DNA of 64,000 nucleotides from Verrucomicrobiia bacterium (GCA_035776755.1 DASTWS010000033.1:9771-73770), one strand, 5' to 3'; shown: positions 48,416 to 57,736, numbered from the stretch's first letter. Notes: generated from the letters alone by a model not told the origin. Program-made: numbers and translations.

Positions 48416-49413
48416 TAGTTGGATGCCGTCGGCTCAGTTCTGATTTTCGGCTTCAACGTTTCGATCCGTTGGCGGGCGATGGCGGCATACGACGAATTGG
48501 GATCGAGCTGCAGCACTTCGTTGTAATAAATAACCGCGCCCATCCATTTGTGGCCTTTCTCGTAAAATTTCGCGATTTCGAAATTGCCGCGCACTTGTTC
48601 TTCTTTCAGCGCAAGGATGGCCTTTTGGGCAGCCGCAACACGTTTATCGTCCGGAAAAATAGTGATGAAATCGGTGTAAGCGGCGATGGCTTTTCCGGCG
48701 GTGCTTTGATCGTATTCGGCCTTTTCGGCTTCGCGTTCGTAGGACAAACCCTGGTGATACATCGCGTCGGCGGCGATGTCCGGCTGGTCATGATAACGAT
48801 CGGCAGCCAATTCGTAAGCTTTCACCGCTTCCTCGTAATTTTTTTGTTTGTCGCGCGTGGCGCCTACGTGCAATTGCGCGTGAGGCGCGACATCGCTGTA
48901 AGGCCCGTTGTTCACGATCTTGGCGAACATGTTGGCCGTGTCATCCAGTGACATCGGGAACGGAATGTAGCCAAATCCGATCCGCGTCCATTCGCCGGCG
49001 AGAAAACGATTGGAAATCTCATATTGTTTGCGCAGCGCGGTGTTGTATTCCTTGCTCGTCGGATATTTCTGGATCAGCGCCTGATAAGAATTGAAAGCCA
49101 TTTCATCGCGGCCTTCGGCTTCGAGACATTCGGCGAGAAGAAATTGCGCCGCCGGCGCGTAATCCGATTGCGGCCAGACGCGCAAAATCCGATGCGCTGC
49201 GTGCGATGCCGTGGCGTAATCCTTTTGTTTGAAGGCATCCTGCGCGACCTGCAATTGATCGCTGGCCCGCTGGCGAACCCATTTCAAATTTCCGCCCGCC
49301 GGTTCGTAATACCAGCCTTCGCCGGGCACATGAATCAATGGCGCAGGCGAACGGAACGGCAACAACGCCGCGAACACGAAAATCAAAACCGGCAAAATCA
49401 GCCTGCGATTCAT
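48415..49413 (-). CDS. BamD/YfiO-like TPR outer-membrane assembly lipoprotein
   Basis: Signal sequence plus TPR-like repeats (AQDAFKQKDYATASHAAHRILRVWPQSDYAPAAQFLLAECL..., KYPTSKEY). Start at MNRRLIL (49413). Confidence 0.6.
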   Translation of the reverse strand: MNRRLILPVLIFVFAALLPFRSPAPLIHVPGEGWYYEPAGGNLKWVRQRASDQLQVAQDAFKQKDYATASHAAHRILRVWPQSDYAPAAQFLLAECLEAEGRDEMAFNSYQALIQKYPTSKEYNTALRKQYEISNRFLAGEWTRIGFGYIPFPMSLDDTANMFAKIVNNGPYSDVAPHAQLHVGATRDKQKNYEEAVKAYELAADRYHDQPDIAADAMYHQGLSYEREAEKAEYDQSTAGKAIAAYTDFITIFPDDKRVAAAQKAILALKEEQVRGNFEIAKFYEKGHKWMGAVIYYNEVLQLDPNSSYAAIARQRIETLKPKIRTEPTASN

Positions 49414-49457
49414 GCGCGAACGGTAGCGACCGCAAAACGGCAAGTCAATCAAATGAG

Positions 49458-49961
49458 CTAACCGCGATAAAGCACCAGCACGCCGTAATCCACCAGGATT
49501 TTCTGCGTCACGACGTCGAAGTAATTGTAGCTGATGGTGTAAATGTCCTTGATGTTTTCCTCGCCCACATCGTTCAGGAAACTTGTGACCACTTCATCAA
49601 ATTTGTCATGGCCCGATTCAATGCATGCCGCCCGGCGGATCGTGTGGGTGCGGAGCTGCTTTTTGCCGTCCACGGATTTTTTTACGCCGAGCGCGGGATT
49701 TGGTTTGGCGATGAGGATTTCGCTGGGCTTGTCGCGCACCGGCACTTTGAGATGCCTTTCAATCTTGGCCGCCGCAGACGCGTGAATGGCGCTGGGCGCA
49801 AGAATCGGCGCATGTGCTTCAGACCCGGACGCGGATTTTTTGGATTCAGCGGGGATTTCGATGGTTTCGTGGCAGGTCGGACAGTCAATTTCCTGCCCAA
49901 CGCCGGAACTGTCCACGGACAATTCCTGGCCACAATGCGGACAATCAAAAATGATTTCCAT
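49458..49961 (-). CDS. Hypothetical protein with N-terminal CxxC...CxxC zinc ribbon
   Basis: MEIIFDCPHCGQELSVDSSGVGQEIDCPTCHETIEIP, then an unassigned about 90-aa C-terminal domain. Confidence 0.55.
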   Translation of the reverse strand: MEIIFDCPHCGQELSVDSSGVGQEIDCPTCHETIEIPAESKKSASGSEAHAPILAPSAIHASAAAKIERHLKVPVRDKPSEILIAKPNPALGVKKSVDGKKQLRTHTIRRAACIESGHDKFDEVVTSFLNDVGEENIKDIYTISYNYFDVVTQKILVDYGVLVLYRG

Positions 49962-50019
49962 AAGCAAATGTCTGTTGCGCCGACACTAACTCCGATTCGA
50001 AAATTGAACCAGCAAAAAA

Positions 50020-51591
50020 TTATTCCCACTCAATCGTTCCCGGCGGTTTGCTCGTGATGTCGAAGACGCAGCGGTTCACGCCTTTGACTTCGTTGATGAT
50101 GCGGCTCGCAAGTTTTTCGAGCAGGTCGTAGGGCAATTTCACCCAATCGGCCGTCATGCCGTCCTGCGATTCCACGGCGCGGATCGCGATCGTGTAATCG
50201 TAAGTCCGCTCATCGCCCATCACGCCGACGCTGCGCACGGGCAGCAAAACGGCAAAGCTCTGCCAGATTTTGTAATACAGACCGCTGGATTTCATTTCCT
50301 CGACGACAATCGCGTCCGCGTTCCGCAAAATCTCACAACGCTGTGGTGATACTTCGCCAAGAATCCGCACGGCCAGTCCTGGACCGGGAAACGGCTGGCG
50401 CAAAACAATTTCGCGCGGCAAGCCGAGTTCCAATCCGAGTTCGCGCACTTCGTCTTTGAATAAACATTTCAATGGTTCAACGAGCGCAAATTTCATCTTC
50501 TTCGGCAGGCCGCCGACGTTGTGATGCGATTTGATGAGCGCGGCAGGATTGCCGGCAATTGGAACCGATTCAATCACGTCGGGATAAAGCGTGCCCTGGG
50601 CTAAAAATTTAAATTGCCGATTGCCGATTGCCGATCGCCGATGGCGTTTCAATTCGGAAACAGCGTCGTTAAAAACTTCGATAAATTCTTTCCCGATAAT
50701 TTTTCGTTTCCGTTCCGGGTCGGTGACGCCGCGCAATTTCGATAAAAACCGTTTGGAAGCGTCCACGTATTTCAATTTGATTTTGAAATGTTTTCCGAAA
50801 ACGTCTTGGACGACTTGCGCTTCGCGCGCGCGGAGCAAACCGTTGTTGACGAAAATGCACGTGAGTTGATCGCCAATGGCTTTGTGCAGCAACGCAGCGG
50901 CCACGCTGGAATCCACGCCGCCGCTCAAACCAAGAATGACTTTTTCATTTCCAACTTGCGCGCGGATTTCGTCCACGGCCTGCTCGATGTAGCCGCGCAT
51001 GGTCCAGTTTTTCCCGCAGCCGCAAATGTTGTGGACGAAATTGGCCACGATTTCCCGGCCGCGCGGCGTGTGCGCGACTTCAGGATGGAATTGCAGGCCG
51101 AAAAATTTGCGCGGGCGGTTTTCAATCGCCGCATATTCTGAATTTTCGGTGACGGCCACGGATTTAAAATCTTTCGGCAATTTGGTGAGTTTATCGCCGT
51201 GCGAATTCCAGACCTGCAAACTTTCCGGCAAATTGGCGAACAGCGGACAATAGCTGTCAACCACGCGCAACGTGCCTTTGCCATATTCGCGCTTCAAACC
51301 TTTCTCGACTTTGCCGCCGAGAAAATGCGCGAGCAATTGGACGCCGTAGCAGATTCCCAGAACCGGAATGCCGAGCTTGAAAATATTTTTGTCCGGCATC
51401 GGCGCGTCCTTGGCATAGACGCTCGAGGGGCCGCCGGATAAAATGAGTCCGCTCGGTTTCAATTTTTCGATTTCTTTCGCGGGCGTGTCGTAGCTCAGGA
51501 TTTGCGAATAGACATTGCATTCGCGGACGCGCCGGGCGATGACTTGCGTGTATTGCGAGCCGAAATCGAGAATGATGATTTGTTCCTGCAT
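50020..51591 (-). CDS. guaA: GMP synthase (glutamine-hydrolysing)
   Basis: [64 protein letters not shown]. Start at MQEQIIIL (51591). Confidence 0.95.
   Translation of the reverse strand: MQEQIIILDFGSQYTQVIARRVRECNVYSQILSYDTPAKEIEKLKPSGLILSGGPSSVYAKDAPMPDKNIFKLGIPVLGICYGVQLLAHFLGGKVEKGLKREYGKGTLRVVDSYCPLFANLPESLQVWNSHGDKLTKLPKDFKSVAVTENSEYAAIENRPRKFFGLQFHPEVAHTPRGREIVANFVHNICGCGKNWTMRGYIEQAVDEIRAQVGNEKVILGLSGGVDSSVAAALLHKAIGDQLTCIFVNNGLLRAREAQVVQDVFGKHFKIKLKYVDASKRFLSKLRGVTDPERKRKIIGKEFIEVFNDAVSELKRHRRSAIGNRQFKFLAQGTLYPDVIESVPIAGNPAALIKSHHNVGGLPKKMKFALVEPLKCLFKDEVRELGLELGLPREIVLRQPFPGPGLAVRILGEVSPQRCEILRNADAIVVEEMKSSGLYYKIWQSFAVLLPVRSVGVMGDERTYDYTIAIRAVESQDGMTADWVKLPYDLLEKLASRIINEVKGVNRCVFDITSKPPGTIEWE
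50614..50646. repeat. Heptamer tandem repeat TTGCCGA x3, then TCGCCGA and TGGCG, inside guaA
   Basis: Direct reading. On the coding strand it encodes [11 protein letters not shown], within a segment about 10 aa longer than the E. coli GuaA segment as recalled. Confidence 0.8.
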
Positions 51592-51687
51592 TCGGAAAAG
51601 TTTCACCGGCGCGAATTTTTTTTGCGAGCGAAAAATGCAGGCGCTGATTTGCCTTGCCGGTGGGTGGCATTAGGTTAAAACAGTCGC

Positions 51688-52290
51688 ATGAACACCTCAC
51701 GAAACGCCAGGCGCGCGTTCACGTTGATCGAATTGATGATCACGCTGGCGTTGATCGTGGTGATGTCCGTCATGCTCTATGGATTCGGTTCCAAAAGCCA
51801 TCAACGCACGCAAAAACAGCTTTGCGCCGATAATTTGCAGAAGGTTTTTCTCGCGCTGCAGATTTATGCGAACGATTTCCGCGGCAATTTTCCGGTGAAT
51901 ACAAATGCGCAGACTTCCGACGAAGTTCTCGACGTGCTGATGCCCAAATACACGGTGGACAATTCCATTTTCATCTGCCCGGGCGGACGCGATTCCAAAT
52001 TGCCGCTCAATGCACGGATTGACGGACGTAAGATCAGCTACGCCTATTATATGGGCCAGCGCGCCGATTCGCCCACGAATCTGCTGATGTCCGACCGGCA
52101 AATCAACACGTTGCCCAAAAATGCCGGCGACCAGGTTTTTTCTTTGAATGGAAAATCGCCGGGAAATAATCACCATAAATACGGCGGCAACATTTTGTTT
52201 TGCGATGGCAGCGTGCAGGCGACCAAACCCATCGCGGAATTTTCTCTGGCATTTTCCACGAATATTGTTTTATTGAACCCGAAACCCTGA
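51688..52290 (+). CDS. Prepilin-type N-terminal cleavage/methylation protein with H-X9-DG motif (DUF1559 family)
   Basis: RRA|FTLIELMITLALIVV class III signal. C-terminal HKYGGNILFCDGSV matches H-X9-DG. Confidence 0.85.
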   Translation: MNTSRNARRAFTLIELMITLALIVVMSVMLYGFGSKSHQRTQKQLCADNLQKVFLALQIYANDFRGNFPVNTNAQTSDEVLDVLMPKYTVDNSIFICPGGRDSKLPLNARIDGRKISYAYYMGQRADSPTNLLMSDRQINTLPKNAGDQVFSLNGKSPGNNHHKYGGNILFCDGSVQATKPIAEFSLAFSTNIVLLNPKP

Positions 52291-52294
52291 CGGC

Positions 52295-54694
52295 ATGAAA
52301 ATCCAATGCGCATGCGGCGCCAAATACGTCCTCGACATCCAGCCGGGCGCGCAAGCGGTGCAATTCATCTGCCCTGCTTGCGGACGTGATTATTCGGGTT
52401 ATCTCAATGAAATGCTGCGCAGCCAGCAGGCGCAAGCCACAGCTCCTGCAGCTCAACCTCAACCGCCGCGAACGGAAAATATTTCCATTCCGCCGGCCAA
52501 ACCGAAAATCGGAATTTCGCAGGCCGCGGCGCCCGCCGCGCCGCAAAATCTGGTTCCACCTGTGCCGATGGAATCGCGTTTGAAAATCGGCCGTTCACAA
52601 GCGCCGACAGCGGCGGCCACCGAAACGGAACAACCCGCAGGCACGCCTTGTCCCAAACATCCGCGCCAAATGGCAACGGCGGAATGTTTTATGTGCAAGA
52701 AACCGATTTGCCCGGAATGTATGAAAATGTTCGGCTACTTTTGCTCCGTTTTTTGCAAAAGCAAAGCCGAAGCCCAAAAATTGAATGCGCCGGTCTATGA
52801 AGGGCAAATGTTCGCCGTGGAAAAAAAATTCTGGCGCAAAGTCGGTTTGATTTCCGGCGCGATTGGCGCGGCGATTTTGGCCTTCGTCGGCGTCTGGTTC
52901 TGGTATGCGTGGTTTGGGTCGGTTCCACATCCGTATTTCTCGGTCAAATTCGATCAGCGTTCCTATTCCGGCGCGGCGTTATTGGCAGGCGACAATCAAA
53001 TTGTTTTTCTTCACGGCGGAACGCTGGCACGTTATGACATGAAGGCCAAAAAAGAAATTTGGTCGGATGAATTGGTCACCAAACAAATGGTGGACGATGA
53101 AGTCAATCGTGAGGAAAAGGCGCGTGAAGATGAATATCGCAAATACGGCGAATCTGAACCGCCTGCGCAGGCGACCGATGTGCGGCGCATGTTGGAGAGC
53201 GGATTTTCATTGCACGGTTCAGGCAAAAATATCTGGCTCGCTGAATCCGGCAAATTGATCCACTACGATTTCAATTCCGGAAAACCGTTGCAGGAAATTC
53301 CGCTGACCGATTCGTTTGGCGAATTCATCGAACATCCGGATGAATTTCTTGTGTTCAAACACACCGACGTTGGCGCGCAATTTGTCACGCATATCAACAT
53401 CGCCACCGGCGAAACGCACACGGAAGAATTTCATGAATTGGGCGGCGTCAATATCGCGCAAAACAATTCGTCGCCCGGCGCAAAAACGTCCGGCGGCGGA
53501 TTGCCTATTTCACCCAATGGCACGCCGCAGCCGATGGATCCGCAAAAGGTCGCCGCCGAAGCGCAAAATCTCACGCCGGCCGCGCGGGCCGCGTTGCCCG
53601 CGCTCATTGCCAACGCGCAGCATAACCAGGCCATCAATCAGGAATTGCGTTCCGAAGACGCGTCGAACAGCAAAGTTCCCGCGCCGGCACAAAAACAACG
53701 TTCGCTCGAAACGTTTCAATTGATTCCCAGCCCGAACGGTTACGTTCAATTTGCCACGCGCATGGTCAAAAGGAATTTGATCGAACGCGAAGCGATGAAA
53801 GCACCGCCAAAAACATCCACGCTCAACGGCAATGTGAACATGGCCAACGAAATGCAGGCCGTCAACGAACAGCTCAATGACATCCAACGCACCGGTGGCG
53901 GCGATAAAGTCGTGGAAGACCAAAGCACGTATCGGGTCACGATCCGGCGGCCGGACGCGGCTGATTTGGATTGGACGGGCGAAGTCACCGGCGAACCGCA
54001 TTTGCATCCGCTCAAAACCGTGAATGTTTTGACCGCGGGCAAAACGGTGATGGTTTTCGACAAATCCAATAAATTGCTTTGGAAAACGGAATTGACCTAT
54101 GAGATTCCGAACAGCGGCGACGACAATGAATTTTTCAGATCGAAAACGTCATACGGCGAAGGCCCGTGCGCCGAGCACGGCGATACGCTCTACGTTTTTG
54201 ACAAAGCCGTTTTGACTGCTTTCGATTTGAACTCGGGCAACGCGCGCTGGCGTTTGCCGTCGGTGGGCATTGTCGGATTGCTTTTTGACGATGAAGGAAA
54301 AGTTTACGTCAACACGACGAGCGCGAGTCCGGATGACATCAAATACGCCAAGCAGATTGATGTGACGAAAAAGACCGATGCGATTTTATTAAAAATTGAT
54401 CCGGCGACGGGAAAAATCATTTGGGGCTGCAATCCCGGCGGTTTCGTTTCCTATTTGTCCGGCAAATATATTTATACCTATTCCGCTTACGACCGCAGCG
54501 ACGATGGAGGCGGCGTGGATACGGGAATTCATCTGCCGTCCTATCTGCGCATCGCGCGCATCAACCCCAAAAACGGCAAAACGATGTGGACGGAAGAACA
54601 GGAAAGCGCGCCGATAGATGTGCAATTCGACGCGAATACGATTGTGCTGATCTTCAAAAAAGAAGTGCAGGTGCTGCGATATTTGACTTTCTGA
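52295..54694 (+). CDS. Hypothetical membrane protein: N-terminal zinc ribbon, Pro/Ala-rich linker, B-box-like Cys cluster, one TM, extracytoplasmic PQQ/BamB-like beta-propeller region
   Basis: MKIQCACGAKY...FICPACG; CPKHPRQMATAECFMCKKPICPECM..FCSVFC; TM VGLISGAIGAAILAFVGVWFWYAWF; repeats such as GDTLYVFDKAVLTAFDLNSGNARW. Confidence 0.65.
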   Translation: MKIQCACGAKYVLDIQPGAQAVQFICPACGRDYSGYLNEMLRSQQAQATAPAAQPQPPRTENISIPPAKPKIGISQAAAPAAPQNLVPPVPMESRLKIGRSQAPTAAATETEQPAGTPCPKHPRQMATAECFMCKKPICPECMKMFGYFCSVFCKSKAEAQKLNAPVYEGQMFAVEKKFWRKVGLISGAIGAAILAFVGVWFWYAWFGSVPHPYFSVKFDQRSYSGAALLAGDNQIVFLHGGTLARYDMKAKKEIWSDELVTKQMVDDEVNREEKAREDEYRKYGESEPPAQATDVRRMLESGFSLHGSGKNIWLAESGKLIHYDFNSGKPLQEIPLTDSFGEFIEHPDEFLVFKHTDVGAQFVTHINIATGETHTEEFHELGGVNIAQNNSSPGAKTSGGGLPISPNGTPQPMDPQKVAAEAQNLTPAARAALPALIANAQHNQAINQELRSEDASNSKVPAPAQKQRSLETFQLIPSPNGYVQFATRMVKRNLIEREAMKAPPKTSTLNGNVNMANEMQAVNEQLNDIQRTGGGDKVVEDQSTYRVTIRRPDAADLDWTGEVTGEPHLHPLKTVNVLTAGKTVMVFDKSNKLLWKTELTYEIPNSGDDNEFFRSKTSYGEGPCAEHGDTLYVFDKAVLTAFDLNSGNARWRLPSVGIVGLLFDDEGKVYVNTTSASPDDIKYAKQIDVTKKTDAILLKIDPATGKIIWGCNPGGFVSYLSGKYIYTYSAYDRSDDGGGVDTGIHLPSYLRIARINPKNGKTMWTEEQESAPIDVQFDANTIVLIFKKEVQVLRYLTF

Positions 54695-54877
54695 TCATTG
54701 CTTGGCAATGGATGCCGAACCTTTGACGGCGGCGCAGCTGATTTTGTAACCGACCGTCGCTTCGGGAATTTTTCCGACGCCATGTTCCGTGACCAATTCA
54801 TTCAAAATCCCTGGCACAATGGAAAAGCCAATTGAATTTTTCGTGCCCACGGCTGTCAATGTTGTTAATTTGCCAAA

Positions 54878-55432
54878 ATGAAATTGTCGCTTTTGGCCGT
54901 TGCGCTCGGCGCCGTCGTGGCGGTGCCGCAGGTTTACGGCATCGCCAATCCAAAAAAATTCACCGCGCTCGCGCAGAAATTCCCGCGCCATCTGCCGTCG
55001 GGAATTTTCCTGATGCTGCTCGGCACCGCGTGGTTCGTGCGGAACGTGCAGGTCGAACCCATCGCCGATTTCTCCACCTTCAAGCCATACATGCTCATGG
55101 CATTCGCGGCCATCGGCATTCTCTCATGCATCTTTGTGCAGGATTTTCTGGCCGTGCGCGGCCTGGCGGTCATCCTGCTGTTGCTGGCTAAATTGATGGT
55201 CGATACCGGCCGGCCGCATCTCGGCGAAACCCATTGGGTTTTGGTCATCCAATTTTGGGCTTACCTTTTTGTCGTGGCCGGAATCATTTTTACCATTGCG
55301 CCGTGGAAATTGCGCGACGCCATCAATTGGGCGACCGCCAACGAAACCCGCGTGAAAATTTCCAGCGCATTTCGGCTCGCTTTCGCGCTGTTCATCATCG
55401 CCCTCGGTTTGACCGCGTTTCGCGCCATGTAA
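54878..55432 (+). CDS. Hypothetical integral membrane protein (about 5 TM)
   Basis: 184-aa hydrophobic ORF; no family recognised. Confidence 0.55.
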   Translation: MKLSLLAVALGAVVAVPQVYGIANPKKFTALAQKFPRHLPSGIFLMLLGTAWFVRNVQVEPIADFSTFKPYMLMAFAAIGILSCIFVQDFLAVRGLAVILLLLAKLMVDTGRPHLGETHWVLVIQFWAYLFVVAGIIFTIAPWKLRDAINWATANETRVKISSAFRLAFALFIIALGLTAFRAM

Positions 55433-55433
55433 A

Positions 55434-56138
55434 ATGAAAATTGCGGACATCAGACGCGATTACGCCCACGGCGATTTGCAGCGCGCGGCATTGGATGCAA
55501 ATCCGCTCGCGCTATTTGAACGATGGTTCGCCGAAGCCGCCGCGCAAACGTCGCCATCCTATTTTCGGCGGATTGGAATCTCGCTGTTCAAATTGTGGCA
55601 CGCCATTCTCGGTCACGCACCGGCGGACGTGAATGCAATGGTTCTGGCCACGGTGGATAAAAATGGAATTCCCTCCTCGCGCACGGTCTTGCTCAAAGGC
55701 GTTGATTCGCGCGGATTTGTTTTTTTCACCAATTACGACAGTCGCAAAGGCCGCGAGCTTTCGGAAAATCCGAACGCATCGCTGACATTTTATTGGCCGG
55801 AACTGGAACGACAGGTTTGCGTGGCCGGAACGGTCGAAAAAATTTCGCGCGCCGAATCGGAAAGTTATTTCAAATCGCGTCCCCGCGGCAGCCAGCTTTC
55901 CGCGTGGGCATCCAACCAAAGCGCCGCGGTCGCCGATCGCGCGGCGCTGGAAGCGCGCTGGCATGAAATCGAACGGAAATTCCCGGCGGAAATACCATTG
56001 CCGCCAAACTGGGGCGGATTTGTCCTGAAACCGCAACGGATGGAATTCTGGCAGGGCCGTCCGAACCGTCTGCACGACCGGTTTCAATTTACTTTTCAGA
56101 TCGATGGTTCGTGGAAACTGGAGCGATTAGCGCCATAA
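55434..56138 (+). CDS. pdxH: Pyridoxamine 5'-phosphate oxidase
   Basis: RTVLLKG, FVFFTNYDSRKG, ERQV, SRPRGSQLSAW, WGGF, EFWQGRPNRLHDR, ERLAP. Carries an extra about 23-aa segment after ERW relative to E. coli PdxH as recalled. Confidence 0.9.
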   Translation: MKIADIRRDYAHGDLQRAALDANPLALFERWFAEAAAQTSPSYFRRIGISLFKLWHAILGHAPADVNAMVLATVDKNGIPSSRTVLLKGVDSRGFVFFTNYDSRKGRELSENPNASLTFYWPELERQVCVAGTVEKISRAESESYFKSRPRGSQLSAWASNQSAAVADRAALEARWHEIERKFPAEIPLPPNWGGFVLKPQRMEFWQGRPNRLHDRFQFTFQIDGSWKLERLAP

Positions 56139-56228
56139 CTGGAACAATTGCGGTAAAAAAGGGCATTTTTCTGAAAAGCAGACTTTAGATGACGTGAAAA
56201 AGCCGTATTTTTCAGGGCAATTCTTTAA

Positions 56229-56256
56229 TTGACATTAGTTGCAGTTGTGCTAATAC
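56229..56256 (+). promoter_or_regulatory. Sigma-70-like promoter candidate (TTGACA-16 nt-TAATAC) upstream of the RRM gene
   Basis: Perfect -35 hexamer and plausible -10. It would give an about 120-nt 5' leader. Confidence 0.35.
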
Positions 56257-56382
56257 TTGCGGCGTTAGTTCAAAGAACAAACGTGATGGTGTCAAAAGAC
56301 AGATGTCCGTAACCTTTCCAAAACGACATTCAGCGATCCTGCCGGTGCAGTCCTCCCACTTGTTTTTTTGAGCGTCCATATT

Positions 56383-56721
56383 ATGAGTCAGGCAAGATTA
56401 TTCGTTGGCAATCTCTCGTATCAAACGGGAGAAAACGACCTACAAGACTATTTCGCGCAAGCCGGCGCGGTCACTTCAGTCAACCTGATGATGGACAAAA
56501 TCACCGGCAAATCGCGCGGTTTCGCGTTCGTGGAATTTTCCACGCCCGAAGAAGCGCAAAAAGCCATCGATCAATTCCATAACAAAGATTTTCAGGGCCG
56601 CGCCATTACCGTGAATGTCGCCCGTCCCCGCGAAGAACGTCCTCCGCGCCGCGAATTCCGTGGCGGCGGCGAACGCCGTGATTTCCGTGGCGGCGGTGAA
56701 CGTCGCGAATCGCGCTACTAA
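56383..56721 (+). CDS. RRM-type RNA-binding protein with RGG-repeat tail
   Basis: RNP2 LFVGNL, RNP1 KSRGFAFVEF. Tail REFRGGGERRDFRGGGERR. Confidence 0.9.
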   Translation: MSQARLFVGNLSYQTGENDLQDYFAQAGAVTSVNLMMDKITGKSRGFAFVEFSTPEEAQKAIDQFHNKDFQGRAITVNVARPREERPPRREFRGGGERRDFRGGGERRESRY

Positions 56722-56742
56722 TCCAACTCCTTTTTTTAAAAG

Positions 56743-56779
56743 CCGGACGACAGAATCATCGTCGTCCGGTTTTTGTTTT
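56743..56779 (+). terminator. Rho-independent terminator after the RRM gene
   Basis: CCGGACGAC-agaatcatc-GTCGTCCGG followed by TTTTTGTTTT. Confidence 0.75.
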
Positions 56780-56833
56780 GAGAAATGGGTTTGACACTCT
56801 TTGGCGGCGGTTTATCTTTTTGAAAATAATTTT

Positions 56834-57292
56834 ATGGCCGATGCTCCTCAAAACCCGTTGCCGCCCACGCCGCCTCCGAGCGAGCAGATGCGCAAATCCA
56901 CCGGCAAAGTTCAGCCGAAGAAAGAAACCGTCCGGATCAATTTGCCGCCCAAGCCGACGGCCGCGCCGACCATCAAATTGCCGACGCTTCCGCCCGGCGG
57001 ACCGACCGGAGCTTCCGGATCTGCGCCGCGTCCCGCGCCCGCTGCTGCTCCGACCGCCGCGCCGCGTTCCGCCGCCGCGCCCGTCGCGCCCGCGCCACAA
57101 CGCGGGGCCGCACCCGTCGCGCCGGGAGCACCCCTTGCCCCTCGCCCGGCTGCGCCCGCGCAAGTCGTTGCCGTCCCAACCGTCAGCACAGTGGACAAAA
57201 TCCTTGCTATCGCCGCGATGGTCATGGCTTTGGCCGCTGTTGGCACAACGATCTGGATGATGATGATGCTCAACAACGCCGTGGCATCGTAA
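56834..57292 (+). CDS. Pro/Ala-rich low-complexity protein with C-terminal TM anchor
   Basis: MADAPQNPLPPTPPPSE...APAAAPTAAP... ends in ILAIAAMVMALAAVGTTIWMMMML. The frame choice rests mainly on that TM segment; other frames are also open in this repeat-like DNA. Confidence 0.4.
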   Translation: MADAPQNPLPPTPPPSEQMRKSTGKVQPKKETVRINLPPKPTAAPTIKLPTLPPGGPTGASGSAPRPAPAAAPTAAPRSAAAPVAPAPQRGAAPVAPGAPLAPRPAAPAQVVAVPTVSTVDKILAIAAMVMALAAVGTTIWMMMMLNNAVAS

Positions 57293-57319
57293 TTTGATTC
57301 AATTCCCGTTTTTGATTTT

Positions 57320-57649
57320 ATGGCTTCGCCTTTGATTGTTTCTTTGACGCAGGACAACTTTTCCCAAGATGTCCTGCAATCGCCAACGCCCGTCCTCGTG
57401 GATTTCTGGGCCGAATGGTGCGGGCCGTGCAAAATGATTGCGCCATTGCTCGATGAACTGGCCGACGAATACAACGGCAAGGTCAAAATCGGCAAAGTAA
57501 ACGTGGATGAACAACAAGCGCTCGCCGCTCAATACGGCATCCGCGCGATTCCCACGCTGTTGCTGTTCAAGGGCGGCCAGATTGCCGAACAAATGGTCGG
57601 CGCCAAAAGCAAACGCGATTTGAAAGCCAGCTTCGACCGCGCGATTTGA
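57320..57649 (+). CDS. trxA: Thioredoxin
   Basis: [18 protein letters not shown] active site. 109 aa. Confidence 0.95.
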   Translation: MASPLIVSLTQDNFSQDVLQSPTPVLVDFWAEWCGPCKMIAPLLDELADEYNGKVKIGKVNVDEQQALAAQYGIRAIPTLLLFKGGQIAEQMVGAKSKRDLKASFDRAI

Positions 57650-57666
57650 TCCGCAAATTCAGTTTC

Positions 57667-57711
57667 AAAGTCCAAAGTCTGAGTGCGAATGCATTTTAGA
57701 CTTTGGACTTT
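57667..57711 (+). terminator. 14-bp perfect hairpin after trxA (AAAGTCCAAAGTCT...AGACTTTGGACTTT)
   Basis: Direct reading. 17-nt loop; the T-rich trailing sequence is short, so termination efficiency is uncertain. Confidence 0.5.
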
Positions 57712-57736
57712 TAATTTCGGGCTTTAGACTGCGCGC

